Origin: Macrostomum hystrix
Lineage: Eukaryota; Animalia; Platyhelminthes
Direction of reading: 5' to 3'
Assembly: GCA_950097015.1 (NCBI GenBank)
Contig: CATNEN010000029.1
Location: 7,812,001 to 7,876,000, forward strand
Length of the DNA stretch: 64,000 nt
Shown: piece by piece, positions 61,531-64,000 of the stretch
Numbering within the stretch: the stretch's first letter is position 1
Layout of the letters: every line of letters begins with the position of its first letter
Position numbers and translations under genes: made by a program
The notes under the pieces: generated by a model
Database searches by the model: none
The model's input: only the letters and a program-made list of their open reading frames with translations
Told to the model about the DNA's origin: nothing

Positions 61531-62729
61531 AGGTTTAATCGATTAATATAGTTACGAGTACATCGACTTTTTCGTCTATTTGAGTTCAGGACACTTTAGT
61601 ACAAATGCATTTTACCCGTTATTTATGCACAATATTTCTATAGCAACCACACATGATTTCAAATGCTACCTGTTGCCTTATAAAATAGTTACATTTGAAT
61701 TGAACTCTCAGACATAAGAATTGTGAGACCATAATTGCAAAGTTCAGTTTTCGGGACTTACTGGTCTGTTTGGAAACGTTGGACTAAAACCACGATTAGC
61801 TTGGATAAATACTCTAAACTAAATGTTTAGTTGCTTCTGTCGTATAACTCAGTGGCTCTGAATTACAAAACTTGTCTTCCCATTTTGATGCGATCGCCAC
61901 AGCTAGTGACGGGACCGGCTAATATTGAAGAATGTGTCAGGCTGGCACCGACTGCAAGACAGACCAGTAGTAATCTCTCTCGGTCCGGGTGTTTGTGATT
62001 GGCTGGCCGATCAGCCGACCAATTTAAAACTTTCAAGAAAAAATCGTATTTACAAATGACTCACTGGGAGCGTCAATAAGGATTAAAGAAGCGACAGCAG
62101 CTGATATAATTTTTCAACTGCGAAATTATGGATTTTTATGAAGCAATTCCGACGATTGGTGAACAAGTGTTGTAGTTTATTAGCGAGAAATGGCATTGAG
62201 GCTGGGGTTAAACACAATCAGTGCGTGACGTTGATACGCCAGTCGTGCCACATGTGACCTAACCGAGAATCAGATTCAACTGAATTACCACTTCAAATCC
62301 AAACGCGCCCCTTATGATAAGTGACTCCATTTTGTTGAATCTTAACTCCCACGTCACTGACATCTGCTGCAACGCACTGGTCTGAGGACAATGGCGCCAA
62401 TAGAGTGCCAGACAAAGACTTACTCGCTATAGTTTGTGTTTGCTGTCTAAGCAGGTGGGGATTAAGAACCGGTTGTTGAGCGCGGAACAGAACAGCAGCA
62501 GTGGCAGGTAGCAATGCACCAGACATTGGTTGACTCATACAACTAGGCCGGCTGGTTTTCAAGACAATAGAATAAACTTAACAGTGGTTAATAGCTTAAA
62601 CAGAATTAGAATTAGAGCTAGGTGCTCATGACGCGCACATGACGCGCTCGCACAAAGACAAAATCATTTTATCAGCTGGATCAGTGTTTTGATGCAGCTG
62701 ATAGTACTGTGTCTCACACCTATGTTCCT

Positions 62730-62850
62730 GAGCCGCGTGCCAAGGTCACATTCATTTGGGGCGCAGCCGCTGAGAGAAGGCTGGCCGTTTTTTTCGTTCA
62801 ATTTACGCCCTTGAGGGCCAACCTCTAAATCACAGTGAGAGTGTGTGCCT
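62730..62850 (+). mobile_element. SINE family B fragment
   Basis: ATTCATTTGGGGCGCAGCCGCTGAGAGAAGGC..TTTACGCCCTTGAGGGCCAACCTC. Confidence 0.65.
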
Positions 62851-64000
62851 TCGTACAGAATGCAGAAATAGATATTGCTTTTATCACGCCAATAAATAAA
62901 AATACCTGTTCAAGCCCATTAAAAAAACTAAAATATGTTCATCCGGAGTCCAAATCTCACGACTCGAAGGCGGAGAAGGCGAACAAAGAAGTGTTCAGAT
63001 CTGATCGTGGGATGAAGTTTATTGTTTCATTGACTTTGCATACAGCTAGACTTTGTCACGCACAGTACGGTACCAAATAGTTGATTGGTAGAAGCAATCG
63101 ATGTGATCAATTCAAATAGCTCGGGTGAGACGCTGGTTGTAAATGAACAGCTGGTAGCCTTTCTACTTGCAGGTAATTTTCGAATGCCTGCATTGACAGC
63201 TGCTGGCTAAAAGTACATTCTAAATAGAGCACATGACAGGTTTACTGGGTTAGTTAAGTGGCAGGGGGGCACAATGTTCGGATAAAGTCAAGAGATCAGC
63301 GCTCACTGGGCAGAGTGGGACAAAGGAGAAAAAAAATTCGTAGCTGCAAGCAATGCCTAGTGTTGGCCACAACGAGTAGATAAACAAGCGATAAACATGG
63401 TAAGCTAGATTTCGCATCTAAAAAAATGTGTTTAGCTTGCATTGCATCGGCTATCAAGCAATTACGACACAAAAAGTGTTGTAAACATCGATTAGCAAAT
63501 TTGACAAACTTAAATTAAAGCTGCTTAACAATATGGTATTCCCTCCAACAGGCGAAACTTATAGTTTAAATAAATTATTTCAAAAGCAAACATAGGGAAA
63601 TAATAGTTAAAGCCTACAAAGCATTCTAGCACAAATATTGTGTGTAGACATAAGGATAAAATAAGCAAGCATAGTGAGGTTAACAGATATGTACATAACT
63701 ATTGCATTATTCATAAACTAATTATCTAGAAAGATAATCAATTCTGGCTCTGTGGAGAAGCCGCAACAGATAAGGATTGGAAGAGTTAAGTTGCTTTTAA
63801 TATTTTGGTAGAATAAAAAAAGATTTAGTTAAGCCACGAAAGTATTAGGTACTTAAAGTAAAGCACAAAGCAACACTGTCTACTAGGCTACTACGAGTAC
63901 GATGCGAGCATCAATGATTTTATATAATGAACTTAGGAAAACACAGCAAAACCATGCTGAAAATTGGCTAAAGACAAAATTCAACTCGAAATTAACATTC

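Overview
This is a eukaryotic (metazoan) genomic window. Coding exons are GC-rich, most introns are short (about 70-180 nt), and minisatellites and SINEs are dense. That pattern suggests a free-living flatworm such as Macrostomum, but this is inference only. Seven spliced or near-complete genes were reconstructed by hand from splice sites and reading phase: an sNPF/PrRP/NPY-type neuropeptide GPCR (+, 2772-4330); a CEP135/Bld10-like centriolar coiled-coil gene (-, ~13420-27680, one frameshift, N-terminus not found); a class-V PLP cysteine-desulfurase-like gene (+, 29978-34667, with a GC-AG intron and two micro-exons); an SLC17-family anion transporter (+, 37288-42130); a secreted fibrinogen-domain protein with an unrecognised N-terminal domain (-, 42815-44074); a KChIP/calsenilin-like EF-hand protein (-, 48984-~50048); and a protocadherin (-, 55021-60705). 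Between and inside these genes lie about a dozen tandem arrays (units of 3-46 bp, one with a 5-unit higher-order repeat), two tRNA-derived SINE families, two MITE-like families, and remnants of Gypsy, RTE-like, CR1-like and Crypton-like (tyrosine recombinase) elements. The most notable structure is an inverted pair of one satellite-bearing element that brackets a single CEP135 exon. No CRISPR array, rRNA or intact tRNA was seen, and I cannot support a claim of a wholly new biological system. All homology calls are from recalled family motifs, not database searches.
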